From IMG/VR virus record IMGVR_UViG_2897842695_000001, positions 1 to 64,000 of that record: 64,000 bases of DNA, one strand, 5' to 3'. The stretch is from a virus. Taxonomy: Duplodnaviria > Caudoviricetes. The notes below the pieces were generated by a model that worked only from the letters and a program-made list of their open reading frames with translations, was not told where the DNA came from and did not search any database. Below are positions 1-9,110 of the stretch, one piece after another. The translations under genes and the position numbers were made by a program. Every line of letters starts with the position of its first letter. Position 1 is the first letter of the stretch.

Positions 1-380
1 CCAACTTTGGCGTGATGGTGTGTAGATTGGAACATGAGTTTGTGCTTACCGTTAACGTGGTGGATCTGTTTAATCAGATCGGCCAGTTCTTCGTTAATGG
101 TAATAGTTAGTTGGCTCGCCTGTTTGGCGGCCTTTTCTGACATTGGATTTTTCACGCGGTTAGTGCGCATGCGGTAGCCTTTCGACTGGACCACAGTAAA
201 TGACGACTTCACAACGCCATTAATCATGACTTGCGGGAACGTGATTGCGCCAACGTCACAGTTACGCAAACCGGTACGGACTTCGAACTCTAACATCATA
301 GAGATTAGCGGGTTCTTTTGATCCATCATGCTCAAGATGGTCTGTAGTTCCTGCATATTGCGAACAGGTAATGATGCCAT
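1..380 (-). CDS. Tyrosine recombinase (integrase family), 3' end truncated by window edge
   Basis: Hand translation from ATG at 380 (TAATG overlap with upstream stop): MASLPVRNMQELQTILSMMDQKNPLISMMLEFEVRTGLRNCDV..., with box-I motif TGLRxxD; not in ORF track; at the P1 cre position. Confidence 0.75.
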   Translation of the reverse strand, partial: MASLPVRNMQELQTILSMMDQKNPLISMMLEFEVRTGLRNCDVGAITFPQVMINGVVKSSFTVVQSKGYRMRTNRVKNPMSEKAAKQASQLTITINEELADLIKQIHHVNGKHKLMFQSTHHHAKV

Positions 381-832
381 TAGATAAACTCCACTTTGTC
401 TAATGTAGTGCTAATAAGTTTCTGGTTCTGGATAGCTTCAACTCTCACCTTTCCAGCCACCATGTTTACGCCAACGTAAAACGCGTATTCGCCATCGACC
501 AGCATTATGTCGTGATAGACAGGTAGCACGCCCAATTCATTAATCAATGCTCTTAAAGCGCTGGTGGATTGGTCCATGCACGTTAACTGATGAATGGCAA
601 AGCGCAGCTGGTCGCGAATCTTTACCGGTTTACCTTGAAGTGCTTTACTCACCGTCCCTTGGACAGTCGAACGGCCATAGAACAGGGAGATTAATTGTGC
701 CGCTTGGCTCTGGCCGCCACATTCAATAATCAACTCATGGAGCGATTCTGTAGCCAGCCTGAGATAATCATCCCCTATCCTCTGCCTTGCTAGAGCACGA
801 CGGTTAGCCGCCTCCAGTAAGTCTATAGTCAT
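380..832 (-). CDS. Hypothetical protein, 150 aa (possible HTH), coupled to recombinase
   Basis: ORF track; stop overlaps recombinase ATG; promoter and operator-like motif upstream. Confidence 0.65.
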   Translation of the reverse strand: MTIDLLEAANRRALARQRIGDDYLRLATESLHELIIECGGQSQAAQLISLFYGRSTVQGTVSKALQGKPVKIRDQLRFAIHQLTCMDQSTSALRALINELGVLPVYHDIMLVDGEYAFYVGVNMVAGKVRVEAIQNQKLISTTLDKVEFI

Positions 833-865
833 ATTGCTGATTCCATTTCCGATTGTTTTGTTTGT

Positions 866-908
866 TTGTTCGGAATGAATAATATGCTATCAGTGTGTGA
901 ACTGGCAA
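866..908 (-). promoter_or_regulatory. Sigma70-like promoter (TTGCCA-N18-TATTAT) followed by operator motif CATTCCGAACAA (866-877)
   Basis: Read directly on the minus strand upstream of 380..832. Confidence 0.5.
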
Positions 909-1261
909 GAGTTTCGGAACTAAAACCGTCAATCACTTCAAGGGCCGTTCAACAAATTACAGCCAAAAGGTAAACCTGCTTTTTATTTCATTTGTACCAA
1001 GATCACAAAAATGACACGAAATAAGAAAAAGTGCTTTTGTATTAATATGTTTACAAAATGCGTAAATATATTGTTACGCGATGCTGTAGCACGGGCCTAT
1101 ATGTGGTCGATCCACCGACCAGACAAAATTGACCCATATTCCAACGGAATACCTCATTTTTGACCCGTTAACAGCACTAATAGGCTTGAAAATACCTTTT
1201 CCTTATTTTTCAATCACTTAACCGGAAACTGAACAGGAATTTACTATGATTTGACAGTATA

Positions 1262-1295
1262 TTTAGTTTCCGTTCTAGGTAGAACGGAAACTAAA
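1262..1295. other. 34-bp palindrome, candidate lox-like recombination site
   Basis: TTTAGTTTCCGTT-CTAGGTAG-AACGGAAACTAAA (13+8+13); lies between recombinase and c1 region, as loxP does in P1. Confidence 0.55.
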
Positions 1296-1560
1296 ACACA
1301 CTTTTCTTGATTTTCCAAGTAGAACAGCCCTAGAATGCCGCCTTAGCGTTACTTGTTACATCGTCACGTTTAGAAAGCGATACGTGAAAGATATAATTGC
1401 ACAGCAAACGAGTGCGCTAACCAATTTTATCAATTTGAGGGGATTTACAAATTTCAGTGACTCTATTGCAAACGGTTACTGAGACAAATAATAATAACCG
1501 CGCTTTCAATGGTGGTTCTAGTCACATTATGGATACCACCCAAATAAATAGGCTGGATAA

Positions 1561-1749
1561 ATGACTAAAAACATAAGGCTTAATGAGTTGCTACCAGCTG
1601 ATGTGTTAGATCGCATCTTGGAGCAGCACGATTACCAAACAAATGGATTGACACAGGCTTGCTGGCTTTATCTATGGAACGAACACAAGGAGCATGCCCT
1701 ACACTTTTCGCTGGACGCAATCACTGAGCATATCCAGCTTTCTCTTTAG
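1561..1749 (+). CDS. Small acidic protein, 62 aa, in the position of P1 coi (C1 inactivator)
   Basis: ORF with GGA SD, just upstream of c1, followed by terminator; assignment is positional only. Confidence 0.45.
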   Translation: MTKNIRLNELLPADVLDRILEQHDYQTNGLTQACWLYLWNEHKEHALHFSLDAITEHIQLSL

Positions 1750-1766
1750 TAAAACCTTTGCACATT

Positions 1767-1790
1767 TGCCGCTTTCATAGCGGCATTTTT
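1767..1790 (+). terminator. Rho-independent terminator
   Basis: TGCCGCT-TTCAT-AGCGGCA followed by TTTTT. Confidence 0.65.
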
Positions 1791-1867
1791 ATATCCCTTA
1801 TTTCATTTTTGAGATCCCCCACGACATAACCGAAACAAATACTCAAGTATTAGTTAAAGATTATTCT

Positions 1868-1891
1868 TTCGGAATATTCAATTCCGAACAA
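1868..1891. promoter_or_regulatory. Inverted pair of operator cores upstream of c1 (bivalent-type operator candidate)
   Basis: TTCGGAAT-ATTCA-ATTCCGAACAA. Confidence 0.55.
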
Positions 1892-1998
1892 AAAGCAAGT
1901 ATCCTTATAGAACAAAGGTAATTAAGACTTTAAACGTTACTTTTCTGTCATGAAAACTAACCTTTAAAAATACCTTTGACCATGACTGGAGTTTATAA

Positions 1999-2877
1999 AT
2001 GCAAAATGAAAAGACGACACCTCCAGCGATCGATATAGACACGCTTAATGGCCTGTTGGCGGCAAAGCAAATTGCTGACGATAGGTTGAAAAAAGCCTTG
2101 CTACATCGCGCTACTTTTACGGAGGATCTACAGCAAAAAGATGAAAATGGCGAAACACTGCAACGAATAGTATGTATAGCCAAACGCGGGAATACGACAA
2201 CCCGCCTAATCAACTACATAGATGATGTTAAGAAAGCCAATAAGGAACTCTTAGAGAGAGCGCCGCAATACTTCGATTCTAGCTCACTAATCTTTAGAGA
2301 ACCGACCATCATTTATGACGCGAGAAAGATAACACTGACGATAAACAAAACAGCAAGCACACGCACCGTTACAGGAAAGCAGATCGCTAAAATGGTAAGG
2401 GCGAGGATGAGGAACATTGAATCTCAACTCCGATACGACCTACCAGAAGAAGAAAGAAGCCGACTTGAAGATCTAATCGTTAATGGTCAAGTTGAGCTGG
2501 ACTACTACGACAACAACCCTGATAAGAAGTTTAAGCGCCGTTCATTTGAGCATCGTGATGTGATCGCGATATGCCGTCACCGCGACCCAGCGAACCCGTC
2601 AAGAACACTACCAGCGGCCAAGACGCATGTTAACTCCGGCGGTTTGATTATCATTAGACACCGTTCATGTTTAGATTCGGATATTAATATCATTGATAAC
2701 ACTGGCGCTGATTCTCGCTCTATCTACGATGAGGTTGTACCGCTACAAACCATCCTAGATATAAAGGCCCAAATCTATGACGATGCAGAACTAGAACTCG
2801 TTAGAGAAGCCCGTAAGAAGTTAAAGAGCGATAACATTAACAAACCCCGTTCGCAGTTCGACGGTTTAGTTAACTAA
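1999..2877 (+). CDS. c1: P1-type primary repressor C1
   Basis: 292 aa, convergent with pacB as in P1; blocks LKKALLHRA, PTIIYDARKIT, DKKFKRR, SIYDEVVP and AQIYDDAELE resemble recalled P1 C1 segments LKKAVARA, PNILRGVRKVT, DEKFRMR, SLYDSIEP and AKIYRLADIE. Confidence 0.8.
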   Translation: MQNEKTTPPAIDIDTLNGLLAAKQIADDRLKKALLHRATFTEDLQQKDENGETLQRIVCIAKRGNTTTRLINYIDDVKKANKELLERAPQYFDSSSLIFREPTIIYDARKITLTINKTASTRTVTGKQIAKMVRARMRNIESQLRYDLPEEERSRLEDLIVNGQVELDYYDNNPDKKFKRRSFEHRDVIAICRHRDPANPSRTLPAAKTHVNSGGLIIIRHRSCLDSDINIIDNTGADSRSIYDEVVPLQTILDIKAQIYDDAELELVREARKKLKSDNINKPRSQFDGLVN

Positions 2878-3045
2878 ATAATAAATATAAAACACTAACA
2901 AAGTGTTTAAGAGTGATACGAAACGCGTGGCATTTTTAGTATGCGCTAATGCCAGAAAGAATGTGATTAAGGTGCAATACGGCGGCATCGTATTGCGTTG
3001 CTCACACCTTAGCAGGGCGTTATATCACCATGTAATAACTTGAAA

Positions 3046-3083
3046 AAATAAATGCCCGTTCCTGTTGGTTCGGGCATTTATTT
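3046..3083. terminator. Bidirectional terminator between convergent c1 and pacB
   Basis: AAATAAATGCCCG-N12-CGGGCATTTATTT. Confidence 0.65.
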
Positions 3084-3158
3084 GCCTGTTGGTTTTTTAA
3101 TTATTATTCATCATAAAAACCATTCTTTACCTTTTCTCTTAAAAGTTGTCACCAACGA

Positions 3159-4655
3159 TTAAGCATCATCACTATCTAGCGCCTCTTTCACCCATTGTTC
3201 CATTGCACTATGTTGCTCAAGCATATCGGTTGTGATTTCCATTTCATGCGGTATGTAGTCCACCAGCTGAGAGAAACAGAACGTATCCCAGCGGTCCGGT
3301 GATGCGATGTTCAGTTTCTCTTTCATCATCGGCTTAGGCATCATCACCCACTGGCCCACTTCGTTGATAGCACAAGGTATCTTACTGCCCTGTTCGGCGG
3401 TTTTGATGTTCCTGTCTATCTGCATACGGCCTTGGTTGATAGCATCACGACTCATTACGTTTGCATAGGCGCGTTGGTTAAAGAATCTTTGCTTATCGCT
3501 GGTGGAGTGCATTTTCTTACCCCACCTGATGCGCTGGACACGATGGCCGTAACGCTCAAGACAAGTGGCCGTGTCATAACCCACGCCGTCACTATCGACC
3601 GCGATTGTTATGTTTGGGTACAGCTCATTGCGACACTCTGCATGGATAATGTCAGCGAACCGGACCGGATCAACCGTGCTTGGCTGCTCCAGCAACTTAA
3701 CGCACTTAACGACCCGCTCCATTCGTTGACCCCATACCTTACAGATATTGAGTATGGATCTGTCTCGACCATTACCAACGTCCACAAGGGCCACCCAGCC
3801 CCAACCATCGGGCATTTCAAGATCGAGCTTGGCTGCACGGTCCAACGCATCACGGCCAAGTAACATACCGGCCACGGTTGCGGGGAACTCACCACGTACT
3901 TTAATGAGGTATTCGGGCGACTCACGGCCACCATATTGCAAGCGCTTGGATAGAATGAATTTGACCGTTACCCACGGTGATTCTTCCGAGTTAAGCTTAA
4001 TGGCTCGCCATTCACCGCGAGGCTCACATAATGAGTGGTGCGTATCATAGAAGAAACCAGCCGGTCTAGTTGGCTGCGATAGCAATAGAATGCGGTTATC
4101 TGTCTCTGTCAGTGCACCAGTAAGGACACCAAACGCTTTATCACTAACACCTGATGCCTCATCCACAATGATAAACAAGTGGCGAGCGTGCTCCCCCGCA
4201 AGTGCTTCCTCGTTACCAATACGGCACGACTTCGCGCTGGTTTGCCATATACCTTTCTTGGAGTTTTCAAAAAAGGCCGTCTCTGTCAGTGTGAAATACT
4301 TATCAAGCCACGGCTTGCGTTTAATGATCTCGGTCCAGTTATCCTTTAAGTATTTCCAGACACCAATCTGGACCTGTCTTGCGTTGTTCGCCACCAACAC
4401 AACACGGGCCTTTGGAAAGGTCAGCATGTAACAAAGGATCATGATACTGGTCATATCTGACTTACCAGTACCGTGACCACTACTAACAGAAGTGTGCGAG
4501 CCTATACGCTGCGCACTATCAATGATTTGTCTCTGTTGCCAGCTTGGCTTTTTCCCTACCAACTCAACGGCCAGCTTGGCCCAATTGAATCGATAGCGTT
4601 TTACAAAGGCTTTATATCGAGCATCTTGTGTGATGCTCTTAATCTTTCTCGCCAC
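3159..4655 (-). CDS. pacB: Terminase large subunit (P1 PacB type)
   Basis: Walker A SGHGTGKS, Walker B IIVDEA, C-terminal nuclease region (LVDVG, SPDRWD); 498 aa, P1 PacB-like N-terminus. Confidence 0.93.
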   Translation of the reverse strand: MARKIKSITQDARYKAFVKRYRFNWAKLAVELVGKKPSWQQRQIIDSAQRIGSHTSVSSGHGTGKSDMTSIMILCYMLTFPKARVVLVANNARQVQIGVWKYLKDNWTEIIKRKPWLDKYFTLTETAFFENSKKGIWQTSAKSCRIGNEEALAGEHARHLFIIVDEASGVSDKAFGVLTGALTETDNRILLLSQPTRPAGFFYDTHHSLCEPRGEWRAIKLNSEESPWVTVKFILSKRLQYGGRESPEYLIKVRGEFPATVAGMLLGRDALDRAAKLDLEMPDGWGWVALVDVGNGRDRSILNICKVWGQRMERVVKCVKLLEQPSTVDPVRFADIIHAECRNELYPNITIAVDSDGVGYDTATCLERYGHRVQRIRWGKKMHSTSDKQRFFNQRAYANVMSRDAINQGRMQIDRNIKTAEQGSKIPCAINEVGQWVMMPKPMMKEKLNIASPDRWDTFCFSQLVDYIPHEMEITTDMLEQHSAMEQWVKEALDSDDA

Positions 4656-6042
4656 CTAAGACCTCGAAGCTATCTATATCGTCAAAGCCAGCGACCGTCT
4701 CATCGAGATCGTCGTAGGCTTGTTGCTTCGTGGCTTCTTTTTGGATTTCTACGGGGGATAGGTTTTGTTCTTGGTTGACACCGTTCTCGGCATCTTCCGC
4801 TAGTTGAATGGCCGTTGCGACTTCCTCGCGACGATCATCAATCCAGCTTTGTTGCTGCTCTGGCTCTACTTCGTAATCATCAAATAGGGCATCCAGTTCG
4901 CTATCGTCTACGCCATCATCATCAATCTCTGGCTCAATATTGGCGATCTCAACTTTCATTTCATGCAATAGAGCTGGTGGCGGTACTGCACCCAACGCCT
5001 CGATGTTTTGACACGTCTCTAAAGCGGTCCAGTTATTGCGCGTTCTTAGCTCAGTCATTTGCATGATGATGCGTTGCTGCTCTGCCGGTAATACATGAGG
5101 CATCAATAGTTCAGCTTGTTCTTGCTTACGTAGGTCGATATAGCGCTTGTTCTCGGCCTTGGTAAATTGGGTAATGCTCATTTCCAGTTCGCGTAAGCGT
5201 GGCGCATAGCCATACATCAATCGATCTATGGCCTTGTCTATGTCCAGTTCTTCGTCACCATCCATAAGCGGCTCACCGGTTACTTTCATTTCATGTAAAC
5301 GGTTGATGCGGTCATGAATGTTGCCTTGCATGGTGATGTAGTTTGCACGGGCCAAAAGCAATTCATTGTTGATAGAGAGAGGATCTATCTCAGAAAGAAT
5401 GTTGAGCAATTCATTAGTGAGTCCAGCTGCACCCATATAGCCGCCATGAATCACCGGTCGGCCTACCTTGGAACTATGCTGCGGTTCGGTTAGGTCCGTT
5501 TGCTCACTACTGCGATTTTTCGCACCAGAATTTTCCCTTTTTTTCGCGATCTCATTTAATCGCACCTCTGCTCGCGCTTTCCTCCCCGCCGCGCTCGGTA
5601 TTGTTTCACCTGTCTTTTTTGATTTTTTGTCGTTCGCAACTAGCGAATATTTCGCTTTTTGTTCGTCATAAAGATCAAACAACTGATCAAATTCGGGTAA
5701 TTCGCGCATGCCCTTAAACTGGCGGCGCAATGTCGCATTGTTCACGCCTTTTTCGTCGGCATACTCAACCATTGAAAGAGTCGGATTCTGCGTAGCACGC
5801 ACCAAAAACTCTTTTAAAAGCGCATGCCAATCATGGCGCGTTCCTTTGCTTTTTCTTGCGCTCGATGCTGAATCAATCTTTGAACTAACCTTGGCCTTTG
5901 CTGCTTTCTTGCTGATGTAACGCTTGGCCGTGCCGTAGTTCAAACCGACCTCATCACAATACTCTGCCACCTTGAGCTTTGGGTTTTCCTCTAACCGCTT
6001 CGCATACTCTCGTTGGTGGTGTTCGTAGTCGATTTTAGCCAC
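4639..6042 (-). CDS. pacA: Terminase small subunit (P1 PacA type)
   Basis: Overlaps pacB start; N-terminal HTH (AEYCDEVGLNYGTAKRY), HGGY motif, acidic C-terminus; start moved to GTG at 6042 with GGAG SD. Confidence 0.8.
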   Translation of the reverse strand: MAKIDYEHHQREYAKRLEENPKLKVAEYCDEVGLNYGTAKRYISKKAAKAKVSSKIDSASSARKSKGTRHDWHALLKEFLVRATQNPTLSMVEYADEKGVNNATLRRQFKGMRELPEFDQLFDLYDEQKAKYSLVANDKKSKKTGETIPSAAGRKARAEVRLNEIAKKRENSGAKNRSSEQTDLTEPQHSSKVGRPVIHGGYMGAAGLTNELLNILSEIDPLSINNELLLARANYITMQGNIHDRINRLHEMKVTGEPLMDGDEELDIDKAIDRLMYGYAPRLRELEMSITQFTKAENKRYIDLRKQEQAELLMPHVLPAEQQRIIMQMTELRTRNNWTALETCQNIEALGAVPPPALLHEMKVEIANIEPEIDDDGVDDSELDALFDDYEVEPEQQQSWIDDRREEVATAIQLAEDAENGVNQEQNLSPVEIQKEATKQQAYDDLDETVAGFDDIDSFEVLGGEKD

Positions 6043-6187
6043 TAACCACACTCCACATTTTAAAACTCGTTCGGAATGATAGCGGCTAACCAATGACCCA
6101 AACAAGCCACCAATACGCACTATTTAACGGCGATATTCGCACTATAGAGCGCAAAGTAATCATTTCACTAATGCGACATTAAACATA

Positions 6188-6299
6188 TTTACAGCTCAAA
6201 AAATCGGTGTATGATTTCCATCGTCGCCAGCGAGTAACGCTGTGGATTTCTTTTAACATTGATTTGACACGATATGTTACCCACACCCCCGCTGGCGAC
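6188..6299 (+). promoter_or_regulatory. Promoter (TTTACA-N16-TATGAT) and ~77-nt leader hairpin
   Basis: GTCGCCAGCG (6223) pairs with CGCTGGCGAC (6290); inner pairs TGTGG/CCACA and TAACAT/ATGTTA. Confidence 0.5.
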
Positions 6300-6328
6300 T
6301 TCCTACCCCGTACCCAAACAAACGCTGA

Positions 6329-6745
6329 ATGATAAGGAAGATCACCTTGAATCCAGCGAACCTAAATAAATTTCGACAACTAACCAAAGGCAAAAGACGA
6401 CAAGCGAGTTACCGCCAAAGACAAAAGGAAAAGGGAATGTTACCGCTACAAGTGCGCATCTCTCTTTATGCGCATGACAAGGCTTACAAGATGGCTTTGG
6501 AGTCTGGAGTTACACTGACCAAGTTCTACGAACTGGCAATCAACCACACGGACCTAAACTGCTTACCGGTGATGCACCGAGAAGTATGCGAGGGCGACCT
6601 AATAGGTACGCGACCTATCAGCCCTTGGCTAGAGCCTGACACCATTACGCAGTTCAATGAGATTAGTAAGAAGTACCGCAACCAAACGGTCGCAATGAGC
6701 GCTATCGTTAACGCGTACTGTGATTTTTTAGATACAAGTGAATAA
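6329..6745 (+). CDS. Putative ribbon-helix-helix DNA-binding protein
   Basis: RQASYRQRQKEKGMLPLQVRI resembles RHH/antitoxin-like N-termini; a second RHH-like half follows. Confidence 0.55.
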   Translation: MIRKITLNPANLNKFRQLTKGKRRQASYRQRQKEKGMLPLQVRISLYAHDKAYKMALESGVTLTKFYELAINHTDLNCLPVMHREVCEGDLIGTRPISPWLEPDTITQFNEISKKYRNQTVAMSAIVNAYCDFLDTSE

Positions 6746-7235
6746 GGTCGGCCATACCTACGGTGCTATCCTGTTCGCACCGCTACCAGCTATCCAGCTG
6801 CTCGATGTTAGCCCGATACACTCGGCCATTGCGGCCTTGGCTTGTATAAGTTGTGGCAACTTACCGGATAGGCTGGAGTTTGGCACAATCCCGCATAGGA
6901 CCATCACACATACCCTTTCTATTTGGCTCGCTATCGCGATATACGGCTACTTGCTCGCCGCATCTAAAGCCATCATACCTATTGGACCATTAACGGCCAC
7001 CAGCTCGATTATAGGAGCGATTCTGTGCGGCTGTGGTGCTGGTGGAGTGTCACACTGGTTAGGTGATGTATTCAACAAACAAGCCGTACCGGTATTTACT
7101 CCGTTCGACACGTTCGCGCTATACCTGTTCAAGAGTGGAAGCCACCAGCGCTTTACCTGTGGTTTTATTTCTCTGGTAGCATGGTTTTTTGTGCTTCTCT
7201 TACGGGAGTTGTCATTCCGAACAATCCTCAATTAA
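6738..7235 (+). CDS. Membrane-bound metal-dependent hydrolase (YdjM-like)
   Basis: Motifs GHT, LPD, HRTITH and SHWLGD with hydrophobic segments. Confidence 0.8.
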   Translation: MNKVGHTYGAILFAPLPAIQLLDVSPIHSAIAALACISCGNLPDRLEFGTIPHRTITHTLSIWLAIAIYGYLLAASKAIIPIGPLTATSSIIGAILCGCGAGGVSHWLGDVFNKQAVPVFTPFDTFALYLFKSGSHQRFTCGFISLVAWFFVLLLRELSFRTILN

Positions 7236-7248
7236 ACCAAACCAAAAA

Positions 7249-7278
7249 AAAGAGCCAACCGGTTAAGGTTAGCTCTTT
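7249..7278. terminator. Terminator hairpin
   Basis: AAAGAGCCAACC-GGTTAA-GGTTAGCTCTTT with A-run on the left. Confidence 0.5.
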
Positions 7279-7450
7279 GATATTAGGAATCTAAATATTG
7301 GGATTATCAGCGTTCGGAATCTCGACCAGCGCTACAACTGGTGCGTCTAGAGAGAATTGGCGGTGGAGCATGGGTATCTCAACCGCCTTTCCTGACCAGA
7401 TTAACAGGTTGTCTACATCCGACAAGCCGTATAATACCTAATTTTGAGAC

Positions 7451-7486
7451 AAAAAAAACCCCTAGCCCGAAAAAGTAAGCTAGGGG
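7451..7486 (-). terminator. Rho-independent terminator of the long leftward early operon
   Basis: CCCCTAGC...GCTAGGGG followed by a T-run on the minus strand. Confidence 0.65.
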
Positions 7487-7544
7487 AAATGAAATTGAAG
7501 TTCTAAAGAATCTACCCTTTGATTATACATACTAAGAAACGACA

Positions 7545-7730
7545 CTAAAGCTTTCTTTTGCTGGTGGACGCTTTCGACTGTAAACGTATTTCACAAATCA
7601 TCTTATCAAGCGCCCTACTCACTGCACTGTAGCGTTTCTCAAACTCTTTCTTAGTCATATTGGGACTTAGACTATCGAAGATACGATCATACTTTCTGGC
7701 CCAAAAGCCTCGCCCTATACCCTTAGCCAT
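7545..7730 (-). CDS. Hypothetical protein (MAKGIGRG...)
   Basis: ORF track; ATG at 7730 overlaps upstream gene end. Confidence 0.5.
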   Translation of the reverse strand: MAKGIGRGFWARKYDRIFDSLSPNMTKKEFEKRYSAVSRALDKMICEIRLQSKASTSKRKL

Positions 7731-8229
7731 CGATGGCCTCGAATCGAGCTTGCAAGGCAATGATCTCACTCTCTGAATCTTTAATCCCTAAGCGCAGATC
7801 CTTAATGTGTTGCTTGGTTGCCTTAATGAACTGTCGTTTGCGCCCTATGGTGAACGCTAACAGCTCTTTTAGACTTAACGGCCATTCGTACCCACTTGAT
7901 AGAAAAATCTCTCTAGCATCGCGTATAGCTGCATTGCTGTAGCTGTATTCGCATTCTTCCCAACGGGTAGGACAATCTAAGCTCGCCTTGTCTTTGGACA
8001 GTATAAGCTTGCATGCCTCTTGACGGCATCGAGGGCAATACCAGTCCAGCGTTAAGTCTATCTCTTTGAACGGGCCATCATAGGGTTCTAGGCTACACAC
8101 TGGAATCCAACACTCTGCACCTCTAGCTAAGTTCTTCTCGTACTCTGCTTGAGAGAATGCGTCTCTAACTACTTTCGCCACCAGCTGCCCTAACCTTGTT
8201 AAGTAGCTCTGACACGTTCCCACGTTCAA
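7723..8229 (-). CDS. Hypothetical protein with CxxC motif and C-terminal coiled coil
   Basis: ORF track; true start probably near 8181. Confidence 0.55.
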   Translation of the reverse strand: MNVGTCQSYLTRLGQLVAKVVRDAFSQAEYEKNLARGAECWIPVCSLEPYDGPFKEIDLTLDWYCPRCRQEACKLILSKDKASLDCPTRWEECEYSYSNAAIRDAREIFLSSGYEWPLSLKELLAFTIGRKRQFIKATKQHIKDLRLGIKDSESEIIALQARFEAIDG

Positions 8230-8365
8230 AAGTGAGGGCCATTAGTATCATGACTAAATCGCTAGCATTGACGATACATGTTTCATCGTCCCTTACATCG
8301 ATGAGCGCTGCATGGCTTAATCTGCTAAAGGCCGCCTTACATTGATCGCTATCTGTGATGATCAT
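8165..8365 (-). CDS. Hypothetical protein
   Basis: ATGA overlap with upstream gene. Confidence 0.55.
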   Translation of the reverse strand: MIITDSDQCKAAFSRLSHAALIDVRDDETCIVNASDLVMILMALTFERGNVSELLNKVRAAGGESS

Positions 8366-8583
8366 GCTTCCGTCTCCACTACCTTGAATTGCCCCGCCGC
8401 TCTAAACATGCCTACCACGATTACACCGGTCTTTGTTTTATCATTGTATCTAAAGCCAATATCCTCGCTCATTAGTGCACCGCGTGATTTGACGGCCTTG
8501 TATAGCGAGTCGTGGTCCAGTTCTTCAAGTTCAGAAGTCCAGCTCATGTTATTGCCACCGACTTCGATAAATTCTACTTTCAT
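8362..8583 (-). CDS. Hypothetical phage protein
   Basis: AGGGA SD; operon context. Confidence 0.6.
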   Translation of the reverse strand: MKVEFIEVGGNNMSWTSELEELDHDSLYKAVKSRGALMSEDIGFRYNDKTKTGVIVVGMFRAAGQFKVVETEA

Positions 8584-8593
8584 GTTTGTTCCC

Positions 8594-8914
8594 TTATGAC
8601 TTGATGATGCGAGTCATTTTGTTGCAATGCTCGCACTTACAACGGTTCATGTTCACGGCCTTGGTTGTTTTCCGGTAGACCTCTGAATAATTCCCGTATA
8701 GACGATTGTGTTTTTCTGCGATCCGGTTGAGTACCCACATAGGACTAAGTTTCTGGTTACAGTCTTTGCACCAAACGGTATCTGTTGCTTGGTCTATGGA
8801 TAGCCTTACATGCTGGCATTCGTCATGCCGTGGCGTTTGCCGGTTCTCGATGAATACTTGCTTAGGTGGAGTCTCTAGGTCCGTTCTAAGCTCAATGACG
8901 TTTGATTCATCCAT
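8594..8914 (-). CDS. Zinc-ribbon-like protein
   Basis: CxH, CKDC and CKCEHC motifs; ATG at 8914 in TAATG coupling. Confidence 0.6.
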   Translation of the reverse strand: MDESNVIELRTDLETPPKQVFIENRQTPRHDECQHVRLSIDQATDTVWCKDCNQKLSPMWVLNRIAEKHNRLYGNYSEVYRKTTKAVNMNRCKCEHCNKMTRIIKS

Positions 8915-9102
8915 TACCGCTTGCCATTGTATGAACGGATAAGCGAGATAAAGGCCAGCGCGTAAAGGCAATAAAAGCCGGTTAGTACCGTGGCCCTAGC
9001 TGTTGCTTGGTTCATGAATCCGCAAATCTCGGCTATTGGTGGCACGATGAATAACAAACAGGCCACCAGCACGAACACGGCAAAGATTCGTTTAAATAAC
9101 AT
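8914..9102 (-). CDS. Small membrane protein
   Basis: Two hydrophobic segments. Confidence 0.55.
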   Translation of the reverse strand: MLFKRIFAVFVLVACLLFIVPPIAEICGFMNQATARATVLTGFYCLYALAFISLIRSYNGKR

Positions 9103-9110
9103 CGCTATCC

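Noticed and set aside
1242-1259. LexA box
   Set aside because: It reads CTA-N8-CAG, which does not fit the CTG-N10-CAG consensus.
5660-5700. P1-type pac site (TGATCA/G hexamer cluster) within pacA
   Set aside because: Only two nearby GATC-containing hexamers were seen, which is not a cluster.
6329-6745. Lpa late-promoter activator call based on position next to pacA
   Set aside because: Opposite orientation and an RHH-like sequence, with no recognisable Lpa similarity.
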